From Candidatus Kerfeldbacteria bacterium (GTDB taxonomy: Bacteria > Patescibacteriota > Patescibacteriia > UBA10025 > JAHIVO01), in the NCBI GenBank assembly GCA_047946875.1, contig CP181398.1, positions 1,233,329-1,297,328 on the forward strand: a stretch of 64,000 bases of DNA, given 5' to 3'. Position 1 is the first letter of the stretch. Every line of letters starts with the position of its first letter. Under the pieces are notes generated by a model that did no database searches, had not been told where the DNA came from, and saw nothing but the letters and a program-made list of their open reading frames with translations. The position numbers and the translations under genes are program-made. Positions 28,882-39,175 of this stretch are shown one piece after another.

Positions 28882-31563
28882 ATGCGGATTATTATATTAA
28901 TAATACTATTGGCAGTAACGATGTTTTTTTCTGTCAGTAAACCGGTAGATGCTATAATTAATGTTAGTAGTTGTGGTGTTCTTGCCGTGGCAGATGAAAC
29001 TTATTTGCTGACACAGGACGTTTCCTCTGTGGGAACTTGTTTTACGATCGGCGCAGATGATATTATACTTGATCTTAATAATCACACCATAACTTATGGT
29101 ACTGGTACTGGAGAATATCGTTATGGCGTTGCATTGCCGCCGCACTACATTCGCCGTGACTTTTTCCCAGATAGTGCTATTCCGGACAGCTCTTTCAATG
29201 AGACTAAAGAGCGTATTCGTATACAAAATGGTTCAATCGTTCAAGGAGGTGGTGATGGTGAAAATAGTCATGCGATTTTTGGCTATGCTAGTCATTATAT
29301 TTATATTCACAACCTAACCATAACGGTACACGGACCTGACACACAGAATATTGGTTTTACCTATTCAGAAAATATTAATGTCTATGATAATCTACTTAAT
29401 AATAATTCTACTGTGGTAACAAATCGGCATCAAGGTCGCAGTGTTGTTCAAGTGACAGAAACTTACGGTGGCAATAATTTTTATAGAAATACTATAACTG
29501 GTGGTCCGCAGTTCGGGTTACGCATTAATGGATATGATACGGTAGATTACGATACAGATTATATTTACGACAATGTGATTCGCCATAATGCCACAGTGGC
29601 AAATCCATATGGAATTTCGGCAGGTGCAAAAAATATGAAAGTATACAGCAATATGATTGAAGCGCAGAATGGACGAGGCATTCATGTATTAGGGGATAAT
29701 CAGGAGATTTACAATAATACGATTACTGTCAAGGAAGGAAGTAATAGCGAGTATTCCACTGGATGGTCTCATGGTATAAAAATTGAAGAAGCGACGAATG
29801 CAAAAGTACACAATAATACTGTTACCGCTATTGCTGAAGATGGCTTTGGTCATGCTTATGCTTTGGATATGACTATTAACGAAGGAGCTAATAATGAGGT
29901 GTATGAAAATATTTTTACTGCCACCACTACCACATCTGGTTTACATGCCGCCGCCGCTCATATTACTGTAGTAAATGAAAACAGTGGCACTGATATTCAT
30001 CATAATATATTTCGTACTAATAATCGCCATATCAGTACATCGTGGGAAAGCCCAGCATATGTTTTGTTTCGTTCAAATACTTTTGAAATTCAGGGAACGC
30101 CAATAAATTATAATACGTTGTGGTTTGAGACAGGTGATAATCCGTCTCATGGTCTGGAATTATTGGATAATACTGCTGCTACTGGCGTTTCATTTGCTGA
30201 TGTGGGCTACCGTCCCGCAGGATCAGAATATAGTTATGAAACACAGCAATATTTAAATTTAGTGGTACAAGATGCTCAGGGTCAGGTTATTCCCGATGCC
30301 GTCATTTCGATTAGCGATGTTGGTGCAAACACGGTAGCTAATGGTACTACAAATACAAACGGTACAGCGCTTTTTGCTTTACGAACACATTACTTTACTG
30401 GTAAACCAGTCGTTGACACAGGATATATACCTCATCAGGTCACAATATCACTTACCGGGTATAAAGCTTCAACAACCTTAGTAACACTGGATAGTTCCAA
30501 ACAACTTGTCGTTACTTTGACTGCTACTAACTCAAGTACTAATTCTAATACAAATGAATCAATCTATATTGCACCGACACCAGAATCAACTCCAGGAGTA
30601 GTCAGGGAAGTCGATGAAACACCTATTGCGTTAGCAAGTTCATTTTTTGTATATAATAGGAATTTACGTGGGGGCTATCATATTGCCGTTGGGAATGTCA
30701 TTGGTGATAGTAAGTATGAAATTATTACTGGTACAGGGGGTGGCATGGGTCCACATGTTCGGATATTTAATAACCAAGGAACGCTCAAAGCTCAATTTTT
30801 TGCATATAGCTCAGAGCTAAGAAATGGCGTTACTGTAACAGCATGCGACATTGATGGAGATGGATATGATGAAATAATTACTGCCCAGGGTCCTGGCGGC
30901 TGGCCATTAGTAAAAATATTTGATGGAGATGGTAATATAATTAATAATGGATTTCGTGTTCTTGATGGAGAGTTTTTAGGTGGAGTAAATCTTTCCTGTG
31001 GTGATACGAACGGTGATGGAATTAGTGAAATAGTGGTTGCTGCGATGAAGGGCGGAGGTCCACATGTTTTGGTATATAATTCAGAAGGCACTATTCTAAC
31101 TAATTTTATGGCATATGATCAAAATTTCAGGGGAGGCATTAATATCTCTACTATTGATATGGATGGTGACGGCAGGGATGAAATTGTAACTGGTCCTCAA
31201 TTTGGCGCTCCTCATGTTCAAATATTCCAAATACGCCCAAATGAACTAAAAAGGTTGTCGCCAGGGTTCTATGCTTTTTCTCCCGAATACAGAGGAGGAG
31301 TCTCAGTTGCAGGAGTTGATACGGATGGAGATGGAGAAAAAGAACTTTTGGTCGGAGTTGGGGAAGATGCTCAATCTTTGATTAAGAAATACAACATTAG
31401 AGAAGAGCTGGAAGGATCATTTTATGCTTATGGAGAAAATTTTCTTGGAGGAGTAAATTTAGGTGGAGGAGATGTGGATGGTGATGGTTTAGATGAAATT
31501 ATTATTATCCCAAGAAGTGGCGGTGGAGCTAATGTTAGGGTTATTGAGGGAGAGTTAATTTAG
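28882..31563 (+). CDS. secreted protein: right-handed beta-helix + Ig/carboxypeptidase-regulatory-like + FG-GAP/VCBS propeller
   Basis: signal peptide, Asn-rich PbH1-like repeats and DxDGDGxDEII/FFAY repeats. Confidence 0.88.
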   Translation: MRIIILIILLAVTMFFSVSKPVDAIINVSSCGVLAVADETYLLTQDVSSVGTCFTIGADDIILDLNNHTITYGTGTGEYRYGVALPPHYIRRDFFPDSAIPDSSFNETKERIRIQNGSIVQGGGDGENSHAIFGYASHYIYIHNLTITVHGPDTQNIGFTYSENINVYDNLLNNNSTVVTNRHQGRSVVQVTETYGGNNFYRNTITGGPQFGLRINGYDTVDYDTDYIYDNVIRHNATVANPYGISAGAKNMKVYSNMIEAQNGRGIHVLGDNQEIYNNTITVKEGSNSEYSTGWSHGIKIEEATNAKVHNNTVTAIAEDGFGHAYALDMTINEGANNEVYENIFTATTTTSGLHAAAAHITVVNENSGTDIHHNIFRTNNRHISTSWESPAYVLFRSNTFEIQGTPINYNTLWFETGDNPSHGLELLDNTAATGVSFADVGYRPAGSEYSYETQQYLNLVVQDAQGQVIPDAVISISDVGANTVANGTTNTNGTALFALRTHYFTGKPVVDTGYIPHQVTISLTGYKASTTLVTLDSSKQLVVTLTATNSSTNSNTNESIYIAPTPESTPGVVREVDETPIALASSFFVYNRNLRGGYHIAVGNVIGDSKYEIITGTGGGMGPHVRIFNNQGTLKAQFFAYSSELRNGVTVTACDIDGDGYDEIITAQGPGGWPLVKIFDGDGNIINNGFRVLDGEFLGGVNLSCGDTNGDGISEIVVAAMKGGGPHVLVYNSEGTILTNFMAYDQNFRGGINISTIDMDGDGRDEIVTGPQFGAPHVQIFQIRPNELKRLSPGFYAFSPEYRGGVSVAGVDTDGDGEKELLVGVGEDAQSLIKKYNIREELEGSFYAYGENFLGGVNLGGGDVDGDGLDEIIIIPRSGGGANVRVIEGELI

Positions 31564-31583
31564 AATTTGATAAAATTATAGAT
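31519..31583 (+). repeat. 65-bp direct repeat, copy 2
   Basis: covers the last 14 codons, the stop and 20 nt downstream of the 893-aa gene. Confidence 0.9.
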
Positions 31584-31632
31584 TATAGAAATTTAGGTAA
31601 ATAATTAAGGGATTAAAAGTTAAAAATAAATA

Positions 31633-31661
31633 TTGACAAAAAGTCAAAAATAAGCTATACT
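31633..31661 (+). promoter_or_regulatory. sigma70 promoter
   Basis: TTGACA-N17-TATACT about 220 nt upstream of ORF 31881. Confidence 0.7.
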
Positions 31662-31822
31662 AGATAATGAATTTAGCTTATTTTAGCTACAAATTTAGTT
31701 TATACGTAATTACTTTGTAATAATGATTACCATTACTTGTCAGGTACCATTAACAAAAAGTAGCGTCAATAATAGGGAGGAATAAATCCACATTTTTTGT
31801 GGTTTTTTTAATATAAATAATT

Positions 31823-31852
31823 TCCGCCAGAGGCGGATCAGGCTCTGCCTGA
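31823..31852. repeat. GC-rich double hairpin (REP-like)
   Basis: tccgcc-aga-ggcgga directly followed by tcaggc-tct-gcctga in AT-rich context. Confidence 0.75.
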
Positions 31853-31880
31853 AACTTAATTAATAAATAGATAAAAAAGT

Positions 31881-34800
31881 ATGTCAAGAAAAAAAATCTT
31901 GAAATCCATTCTACACTTTGTGAAAGTAAGTGTTTATATGGTGGTCATGTTTACTATGACTTTTTCTTATTCATTCATTGGAGCTCCGCAAGCTGATGCT
32001 GTCACTACTGGAACAATTACCGGTAGGATAATGGCCGGAGGAAGTCCGGTAGATATTGGAGATGTTGGTTTGAATTTAGTAAATGCTCCAGGGGTAGACC
32101 CAGTAGGTACAAATCCTGATGGAACGTTTACATTTATTGATGTCCCTGTAAGCTATTATCAGTTAGATACTCATATTAATGACACGGTTGCATTAGCTGG
32201 TTATATGAATATTTCAGTATCAAATATTGAAGTAACGGCTGGTCAAACAACAGACGTTGGAGATATAGCATTAACACAAGCCACCAAGACAATTACAGGT
32301 ACGGTTACCAGACAAGGCACAGGAACAGCTGTTGTAGATGCTCAGATTAGTGCGTTTCCTTTTGAAGGAATGGGATCTGGCGTGAACGCTACAACTGATA
32401 GTAATGGTGATTACACATTATATTTAACAGGTGGAAAATGGGGCTTAAATGTGTCTGGTGGTTATGATGAGGAACATAATCCAATTCCAGTTGATTGGAT
32501 TTATTCTGGCATGCCACAAGATCAAAATTTTGCCGATGATAATACAGTAGAATCAAGAGTTGCAAATTTTGAAGTAGTTACCGCGAATTCTTTTGTGAAT
32601 GGTAAAATTGTATATCCAAATGGCACACCAAAAAATGATTTAAATATTGATCTGTTTAGTTTTTCCGGTGGTGGTGCTTTTGGAAGGACAGATTCTAGTG
32701 GTAATTTTACAATAAGGACTGCAGCTGGAAATTTTGAATTAAGCGCTTGGTTCCCACATGATGAGCAGCAATATTCATTACCAAGACAGCAAATATCTGT
32801 TGTGGCCAATCAAACGTTAAATCTTGGCACTATATATATTGTAGAAAAGACATCTCAAATAAAAGGTGTTGTTAAAACCTCAACTGGAATACCAGTAGAA
32901 AATGTGAATGTAAGTGCATTTAGTATGATGGGATCCGGACCTGGTGATAATGCATGGACACAGACAGCCGCCGATGGTTCTTATTCATTGTATGTAACTT
33001 CAGGAATGTGGGGAGTTGATGTCCAAACAAATCCGGAATCAGTTTGGGTGCCGGATGGAACCCAAAAACAATATCAGGTAGCGGAAAATCAGATAATTTC
33101 TAATGCAAATTTTACACTAATAAAAGCTGACGTTACTATTAATGGTAGGATTGTAAATACACAAGGCGTGTTACAATCGGATTTTTTCGGTTATGCTAAT
33201 GTAATGGATCAAGATATGCAGTTTGGTCCGGGACCGGGCAAGTTTTTCGGTGGGCAGATTGGTGGAGGAACTTTTCAGATTAAAATACCTTCTCAAGTCA
33301 TGACAAAAATAATGGTTACCACATTTGTTGAGCCTGGTAGTCCATACTCAATTCAAGAGGATATAACATTAACAGTTGCACCAAATGGTACGTATGATGT
33401 TGAATTAGTATTAGTCCCTAATGATGCAGTATTAACGGGAACGGTTAAAGATCAAAAAGGTAATGTCATATCTGGGTTTGAATTTGGTGATGTGTTTGTG
33501 ATGGGCGAAAAGGGACAATGGAATAATGCTTTTATTAACCCAGATGGTACTTATACTATGTCTCTAAGAAGTGGTACTTACGATGGTCGCGGTGCATTTA
33601 TTCGTGGTGGTGGATATATTGACAAGCCTCCACAATTTGAAGATGGTGGGGTTGTCATAAAACCCGGCACAACAATTTGGAATCCGGTGGTATATAAAGC
33701 TGATGCAAAAATTAATGTTACTATAAAAGATCCGGATGGAAATTTACTGGGTGGATTTGGATTTGCTTTTGCCCATGAAGATTTTGAGGGGGATCCAGGA
33801 ATCGGATTTAAAGATTCCATGGAGGCTGGGGGAGAGATTTTAGGAGGTAAAGGATCAATAAATGTTGTTGGAGGAAAAACTTATTTGGTTGGAGCTCCAC
33901 CTCCACCAAAATATGATTCAGAGAACTGGATGTCCCCTGAGGAACAAGAAGTGTTTGTAGCTGCAAACGGAACAGCAAGCGTAGTATTGCAATACAAGAA
34001 AGCTGATGGTGTTATTAAGGGCACCGTGACATTTGAAGATGGCTCACCAATACCTTTTGGATTCATTAGTGGATGGTCAGAAAATGGTGCGAATTCTGGT
34101 ACTCCAAATTTTGGCTCAACATTCAGCCTTCCAGTAACAAAGAATGGTATCTGGCACATAAATGCGGATACTTTCAGTGGCTCAGAATATTTTACCAGCG
34201 GAGAGACAGTTATAAAAACTCCTGATTCAACAGGATTTGTAGTGGAAAGAAATTTTGTTTTGAGTAAGTCAGATTTTCTTTTTCCTGAACCAAAATGTGC
34301 AACTTGGGATTCTACCCAACCAAAAGTTATAAATTTATCTGATGGTACATCTTTGACATTTCCTGCTAGGTCATTGGCAACAAGCGGTAATGTAACTGTT
34401 TGTGCGCAGCCAACAGTCAATCTGAAGCCGGAAAAAACTAAAAAACCAGCAAAAGGATTTGGTTATACTTTGACAGCTACTGATTCCAGCAATCAGACAA
34501 TATCTACTTTTAATTCGGCAGTTACTATAAGCATGAAAGTAGAAGCGGATAAATTGGCTGAATTGGGAATAACTACAGATGATTTATTGCCAGCCTTTTT
34601 TAATACCACAACTAATAAATGGGACACAGTAAATAATGCTACTTATGATGCAGTAAACGATTTACTTTCGTTTACTACTACTCACTTTACTGATTATGCG
34701 ATTGTAACAGGTGTGACTATTACTGGTAGTGGTCCTGTAGCTTCTGATATTATTGCCAGTCCAGCAAATAATGGAGGTCCACATGTAACGGTATGGGACT

Positions 34801-35804
34801 ATGAAGGAAATATTAAAACAAATTTCTTTGCTTATCCTTCAAATTTACGAATGAGTATTCAGACTGGCGTGGGTGATTTTGATGGAGATGGTATAAATGA
34901 GATTGTCACTATTCCTGGTGAAGGTTTTGCTCCACAAGTAAGAGTATTTAATCTAGAGGGTCAGCTTGTAGATCAGTTTTTTGCATATCAAACTCATTTA
35001 AGATCTGGTTATAATATGGTAGTTGCAGATATTGATGGTGATGGTAGTGATGAAATTATTACGGCACCTATGGCCGGTGAAGCTCCTCATGTTAGGATCT
35101 TTAATGGTAAAGGAGAAGTAGAAAATCAATTTTTTGCCTACGACGAAATGTTTAAAGGAGGGGTTAATTTGACAACTGGTGATGTAGATGGAGATGGTAA
35201 TATTGAAATAATTACTGCGCCTGCTTCAGGTGGCTCACCTGATATTAGAATCTTTAATAGTGATGGTTCTCAGGTAACTGGCTTTTGGGCATATTCTTCT
35301 GCTTTACGTGGTGGCTTTGATGTTTCTACTGGTGACTTAAATGGAGATTCGGTTGTTGATATATTAGTAACTCCTGGTGAAGGATTTGGTCCACAAATTG
35401 CTATGTTCACAGGAGATGGAACATTGATTGGAAGATTCATGGCATTTGCTGATACATTTAAGGGTGGCATTAATGCGGTCGTAGGGGATGTTACTGGCGA
35501 TTCGCAAAGTAATATAATTGTTACTCCGTTAAGTAATGGTGGTCCACAAGTTAGAGTATTTGATTACCAAGGTAATCATGTGTCACAGTTCTGGGCCTAT
35601 GCATCAACTTTAAGAGGTTCATTTGTTCCTTTAATATCTGACATTGATCAAGATGGAACAAACGAAATTGTAATAGCACCAGGTAATGGTTTTGGACCTC
35701 ACTTACGTGCATTTGAGTATGATGGAACTATTACTAGTAGTTTCTTTACTCATAATGAAGGTTATCGAGGAGGTATAAATCTAATGAGTATACCCACTTT
35801 TTAA
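31881..35804 (+). CDS. large secreted surface protein: carboxypeptidase-regulatory-like repeats + FG-GAP propeller
   Basis: signal peptide, repeated ITGTV...TDSNGDYTL beta-sandwich units, TTHFTDYA and C-terminal GDxDGDG/FFAY repeats. Confidence 0.88.
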   Translation: MSRKKILKSILHFVKVSVYMVVMFTMTFSYSFIGAPQADAVTTGTITGRIMAGGSPVDIGDVGLNLVNAPGVDPVGTNPDGTFTFIDVPVSYYQLDTHINDTVALAGYMNISVSNIEVTAGQTTDVGDIALTQATKTITGTVTRQGTGTAVVDAQISAFPFEGMGSGVNATTDSNGDYTLYLTGGKWGLNVSGGYDEEHNPIPVDWIYSGMPQDQNFADDNTVESRVANFEVVTANSFVNGKIVYPNGTPKNDLNIDLFSFSGGGAFGRTDSSGNFTIRTAAGNFELSAWFPHDEQQYSLPRQQISVVANQTLNLGTIYIVEKTSQIKGVVKTSTGIPVENVNVSAFSMMGSGPGDNAWTQTAADGSYSLYVTSGMWGVDVQTNPESVWVPDGTQKQYQVAENQIISNANFTLIKADVTINGRIVNTQGVLQSDFFGYANVMDQDMQFGPGPGKFFGGQIGGGTFQIKIPSQVMTKIMVTTFVEPGSPYSIQEDITLTVAPNGTYDVELVLVPNDAVLTGTVKDQKGNVISGFEFGDVFVMGEKGQWNNAFINPDGTYTMSLRSGTYDGRGAFIRGGGYIDKPPQFEDGGVVIKPGTTIWNPVVYKADAKINVTIKDPDGNLLGGFGFAFAHEDFEGDPGIGFKDSMEAGGEILGGKGSINVVGGKTYLVGAPPPPKYDSENWMSPEEQEVFVAANGTASVVLQYKKADGVIKGTVTFEDGSPIPFGFISGWSENGANSGTPNFGSTFSLPVTKNGIWHINADTFSGSEYFTSGETVIKTPDSTGFVVERNFVLSKSDFLFPEPKCATWDSTQPKVINLSDGTSLTFPARSLATSGNVTVCAQPTVNLKPEKTKKPAKGFGYTLTATDSSNQTISTFNSAVTISMKVEADKLAELGITTDDLLPAFFNTTTNKWDTVNNATYDAVNDLLSFTTTHFTDYAIVTGVTITGSGPVASDIIASPANNGGPHVTVWDYEGNIKTNFFAYPSNLRMSIQTGVGDFDGDGINEIVTIPGEGFAPQVRVFNLEGQLVDQFFAYQTHLRSGYNMVVADIDGDGSDEIITAPMAGEAPHVRIFNGKGEVENQFFAYDEMFKGGVNLTTGDVDGDGNIEIITAPASGGSPDIRIFNSDGSQVTGFWAYSSALRGGFDVSTGDLNGDSVVDILVTPGEGFGPQIAMFTGDGTLIGRFMAFADTFKGGINAVVGDVTGDSQSNIIVTPLSNGGPQVRVFDYQGNHVSQFWAYASTLRGSFVPLISDIDQDGTNEIVIAPGNGFGPHLRAFEYDGTITSSFFTHNEGYRGGINLMSIPTF

Positions 35805-35839
35805 CCTTAAAAAGTTAAAAATAATTAATCGTATATAAT

Positions 35840-35868
35840 AAACCCCCATTAATAAAAAATGGGGGTTT
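35840..35868 (+). terminator. terminator hairpin
   Basis: aaacccccatt/aatgggggttt stem. Confidence 0.6.
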
Positions 35869-35934
35869 GCAGTTTTTTTAGCTTATGATATAATGCTGGG
35901 GTTAGATTAATTAAGTCATAAAAAACCTAAAAAT

Positions 35935-36300
35935 ATGGACAAAACACTCCAAAATCAATTGGGAGAGAAGTTAGGAAATGAAAAAATTAAAATAGTTGGT
36001 TTATTAGAAAAGATGACGAATCAAAAAACTTTTAACAAAGATAAAATACAGGTTAAGCTTGACAGTGTTGGAGATAAAGATGAGGACAATGCTATGGAGG
36101 TTGCAAATTTTCAAGATAATATTTCATTAGAACGAGAATTAGAAGTGTCATTGGAAAAAATAGACGCGGCTTTAGCAAAGATTGAAAAAGGTGAGTATGG
36201 TAAATGTGAAAAGTGTCAGTCAGATATCAAGGATGAGAGACTTGTGGCATATCCTTCAGCTAAAATTTGTTTAAAATGCGCGGCTGGTCCGAAATTATAA
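35935..36300 (+). CDS. DksA/TraR-family C4 zinc-finger protein
   Basis: DEDNA coiled-coil tip, ALAKIEKGEYGKCEKC, ERLVAYP and CLKC. Confidence 0.9.
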   Translation: MDKTLQNQLGEKLGNEKIKIVGLLEKMTNQKTFNKDKIQVKLDSVGDKDEDNAMEVANFQDNISLERELEVSLEKIDAALAKIEKGEYGKCEKCQSDIKDERLVAYPSAKICLKCAAGPKL

Positions 36301-36752
36301 AAAATATTTATATCAATAAGATATTTTGGCCATTTTTTGGTATCTTAATATTATTTTTTATTGATAGATTAAGTAAAATATTATCCATTAAATACTTATC
36401 TGATGAGGGATTTTTTTTAATCCCAAATACTACTGGATTTGTTTTAGAATGGAATCAGGGTATTGCTTATTCTATTCCGTTGTCAGGAATATATTTAATT
36501 TTTATTTTAATATTAATAATACTTATTTTAGGAGCTCTGGCAGTAAAGGCTTATCGTCAGCATAAAAATAATATTGTATTATCGATTGGATTAATTATCG
36601 CCGGTGCAACTTCTAATCTTATTGATCGTTTTATGTATGATAATGTGATTGATATATTGGTATTAACAAAATGGCCAGTTTTTAATATTGCTGATCTAAT
36701 GATATTGGCAGGAGGAATTTGGTTAGTAACTATTTATTTAAAGAAGAAATAA
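36267..36752 (+). CDS. lspA: lipoprotein signal peptidase II
   Basis: NQGIAYS, GATSNLIDR, VIDI and WPVFNIAD motifs; exact start uncertain. Confidence 0.9.
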   Translation: MFKMRGWSEIIKNIYINKIFWPFFGILILFFIDRLSKILSIKYLSDEGFFLIPNTTGFVLEWNQGIAYSIPLSGIYLIFILILIILILGALAVKAYRQHKNNIVLSIGLIIAGATSNLIDRFMYDNVIDILVLTKWPVFNIADLMILAGGIWLVTIYLKKK

Positions 36753-36825
36753 ATCTTGACTGATGGATGAATGATTGCTAAGGTTATCTAATTGTTCATT
36801 CACACTATTTATAGAGGAGTTTGTT

Positions 36826-37587
36826 GTGACAAAATATATAACACTTATTAGTCTCACGTTGGTACTAATATGCTGTGGTGATTTTGTCAAAGCAGGCGAA
36901 TCACCAAGTTTTTTATTGCTACATGAAGATGCGAAGTATAGATTAGATTCTTTGAATCGGATAGAGTCTGATAGTAATTTAGTGGAACGTATTATTCTGA
37001 TGCATAATCTAGGATTTAATGGTGACAAGAAACTTCGAGAGAAGGCAGAAAAGTTAGTTAAAGATAAATTCAAGAAGGGTAAGCGTGCTCCATTAGTTGA
37101 GGCGTATGATGGTTCTCTAAGAATGATCAAGGTAAAACATAAAAATACCGCTAGCAAGATTTTTGGGAGTTTTTTTGGAAATTCTCCATACAAAGAAGCT
37201 AGAAATGGTTTTAATATTATATCTGAGGCATTGGAAAGAGATCCTAATAATATTAACATTAGGTTTGTGAGAGCGTCTGCGGCGGTGGAGTCAGCAGAGC
37301 ATTTACCTGAGTTGTTAGTTCATGCAGATATAGATATTCTATGGCTTGAAAGTAACATTGATCGTACAGATGCAGCTTCAGTTTTTTTCTTTTATTTGAC
37401 TAAGGCAAAATTTTATTATAAAAGTGCCTTGGAAGAAAAAAAGATATTAATCAAAGTAGTGATTATCGAAAAAGCAATAGAATTAATTGATCAAGCTGGT
37501 GAATTTGTTTGTTCGGAAGTATTTTGTCGGGAGCACTTGCTATGGCAAAAGAAAATTGAAATCCTTTATCAAACAGGAAGTAAGTAG
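36826..37587 (+). CDS. hypothetical secreted helical (TPR-like) protein
   Basis: GAGGAG SD before GTG 36826, signal-like N-terminus and ALERDPNNINIRFVRA pattern. Confidence 0.7.
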   Translation: MTKYITLISLTLVLICCGDFVKAGESPSFLLLHEDAKYRLDSLNRIESDSNLVERIILMHNLGFNGDKKLREKAEKLVKDKFKKGKRAPLVEAYDGSLRMIKVKHKNTASKIFGSFFGNSPYKEARNGFNIISEALERDPNNINIRFVRASAAVESAEHLPELLVHADIDILWLESNIDRTDAASVFFFYLTKAKFYYKSALEEKKILIKVVIIEKAIELIDQAGEFVCSEVFCREHLLWQKKIEILYQTGSK

Positions 37588-37651
37588 GTTAATAATATTA
37601 TTGACCTACTTTTTTATTTGTTATAAAATAATAATTTGTTATACTAAATTC

Positions 37652-38422
37652 ATGGAAAAATTATACAAACAAATTATTAAGGAAATATTTATTAGTGGTA
37701 AGAGAATCAAGTCTATGGCTGGTAGCATTAAAGATGTTGGGATTAAGAAAAAGTATTTAACTGAAGAAGATATTAAGATTGAGAGAAATTTAAAATCAAT
37801 TATTAATAAGAATGAATCGAGTCATTTATTTTGTGCAGAAGAGGAAAATGAAAAATTTGTTTCTGGTAAAGATGTTTGGGTGGTAGACCCAATCAGTGGT
37901 ACCAAGTCGTTTATTAAAGGAGATGGTCATTATGCAGTAGTAGTATCCCATGTTCATAAAGGGGTAAGTGTTTTTGGGGCAGTATATGATGTTGTCCGAG
38001 ATGAATTATACGTAGCCAAAAAAGGGAGTGGTGCTTTTCTGAATGATAAGATAATTAAGGTTAATGAAACAAAAAAAGATATACCAAAAATAATTTTACG
38101 AATTTCATATGATTGGGCTGATGATGAAAAAGCTAAACAAATAACCAGTGAATTAAAGTATAATTATGATATCAATATAATTGATGGTTCGATGGCAATT
38201 ACTGATTGTCAAATTGCATCTGGAAAATATGACGGTATTATTACTTTTGCTAAAGACAGCTTTCCGGAGTTTGCCAGTAGTCTTATTGTAAAAGAAGCTG
38301 GAGGAATTTATCAGAGTATTAATGGTAGTAATGAAGTTGAATTTTCAGATAGAATATTTGTGGCAGGGAACAAAAATATACAACCGCATTTATTTAAAAT
38401 TGCGCAAAAATATTATAAATGA
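37652..38422 (+). CDS. inositol monophosphatase-family protein
   Basis: AEEE, WVVDPISGTKSF, GSGAFLN and IVKEAGG motifs; start at ATG 37652. Confidence 0.88.
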   Translation: MEKLYKQIIKEIFISGKRIKSMAGSIKDVGIKKKYLTEEDIKIERNLKSIINKNESSHLFCAEEENEKFVSGKDVWVVDPISGTKSFIKGDGHYAVVVSHVHKGVSVFGAVYDVVRDELYVAKKGSGAFLNDKIIKVNETKKDIPKIILRISYDWADDEKAKQITSELKYNYDINIIDGSMAITDCQIASGKYDGIITFAKDSFPEFASSLIVKEAGGIYQSINGSNEVEFSDRIFVAGNKNIQPHLFKIAQKYYK

Positions 38423-39111
38423 ATAATTTTATGAGGCTTAATAAATATATAGCTAGTTGTGGGATTACCTCTAGGCGAAAAGCTGATGATTTGATAGTGA
38501 CTGGTAAAGTTGTTATTAATAATGAAGTGGTTTGTGAATTAGGAACTCAAATTGACCCAAAAAAAGATAAAGTTGTTGTTGATGGTCAGTTATGCAGTTT
38601 AAGTAGTAATTATGTATATATTGCTCTAAATAAGCCAGTTGGTTATGTTTGCACGCATGCAAGGTTCCACGAAGAACAATCAATATTCGAGTTATTGCCT
38701 AATGAGTATAGGCATCTAAAATTTGCCGGGCGTCTTGATAAAGATTCGGAAGGCTTGTTAATATTATCTGATGATGGTGATTTTATTTATAAATTGACAC
38801 ACCCAAGTTATAGGCACGAGAAAGAGTATGAGGTGAAGTTAGATAATCCATTGTCTGAAGATTCATTAACAAAATTAGAAAGAGGTATAAGATTAACAGA
38901 AGGAATAGCAAAAATGGACCGTGTTAGTATAAGTAGTAAGACGGTTTATAATTTAGTAATTCACCAGGGTTGGAAAAGGCAGATCAGGAGAATGTTGGGA
39001 GAAGTAAGAAGTGGAATTCAATATCTAAAAAGAGTACGAGTTGGGAAATATAAAATGGGCAAACTGCCCGTTGGGAAATATAAAGATATCGATAAGGAAG
39101 AAGTGGTTTAG
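38419..39111 (+). CDS. RsuA/RluB-family pseudouridine synthase
   Basis: S4 domain RLNKYIASCGITSRRKAD, NKPVG, GRLDKDSEGLL and RQIRRM. Confidence 0.93.
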   Translation: MNNFMRLNKYIASCGITSRRKADDLIVTGKVVINNEVVCELGTQIDPKKDKVVVDGQLCSLSSNYVYIALNKPVGYVCTHARFHEEQSIFELLPNEYRHLKFAGRLDKDSEGLLILSDDGDFIYKLTHPSYRHEKEYEVKLDNPLSEDSLTKLERGIRLTEGIAKMDRVSISSKTVYNLVIHQGWKRQIRRMLGEVRSGIQYLKRVRVGKYKMGKLPVGKYKDIDKEEVV

Positions 39112-39126
39112 TAATTTTTAGGAAAT

Positions 39127-39156
39127 AAAAAAAACTTGGTGGGGGAAACCACCAAG
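39127..39156 (-). terminator. intrinsic terminator
   Basis: cttggtgg/ccaccaag stem with U8 on the minus strand. Confidence 0.7.
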
Positions 39157-39175
39157 CTAGGTAATAGTTATATTG

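Noticed and set aside
30600-35804. Repeats as a CRISPR array or DGR template/variable pair
   Set aside because: They are protein-level FG-GAP repeats with synonymous divergence; no cas or reverse transcriptase gene is present and mismatches are not adenine-specific
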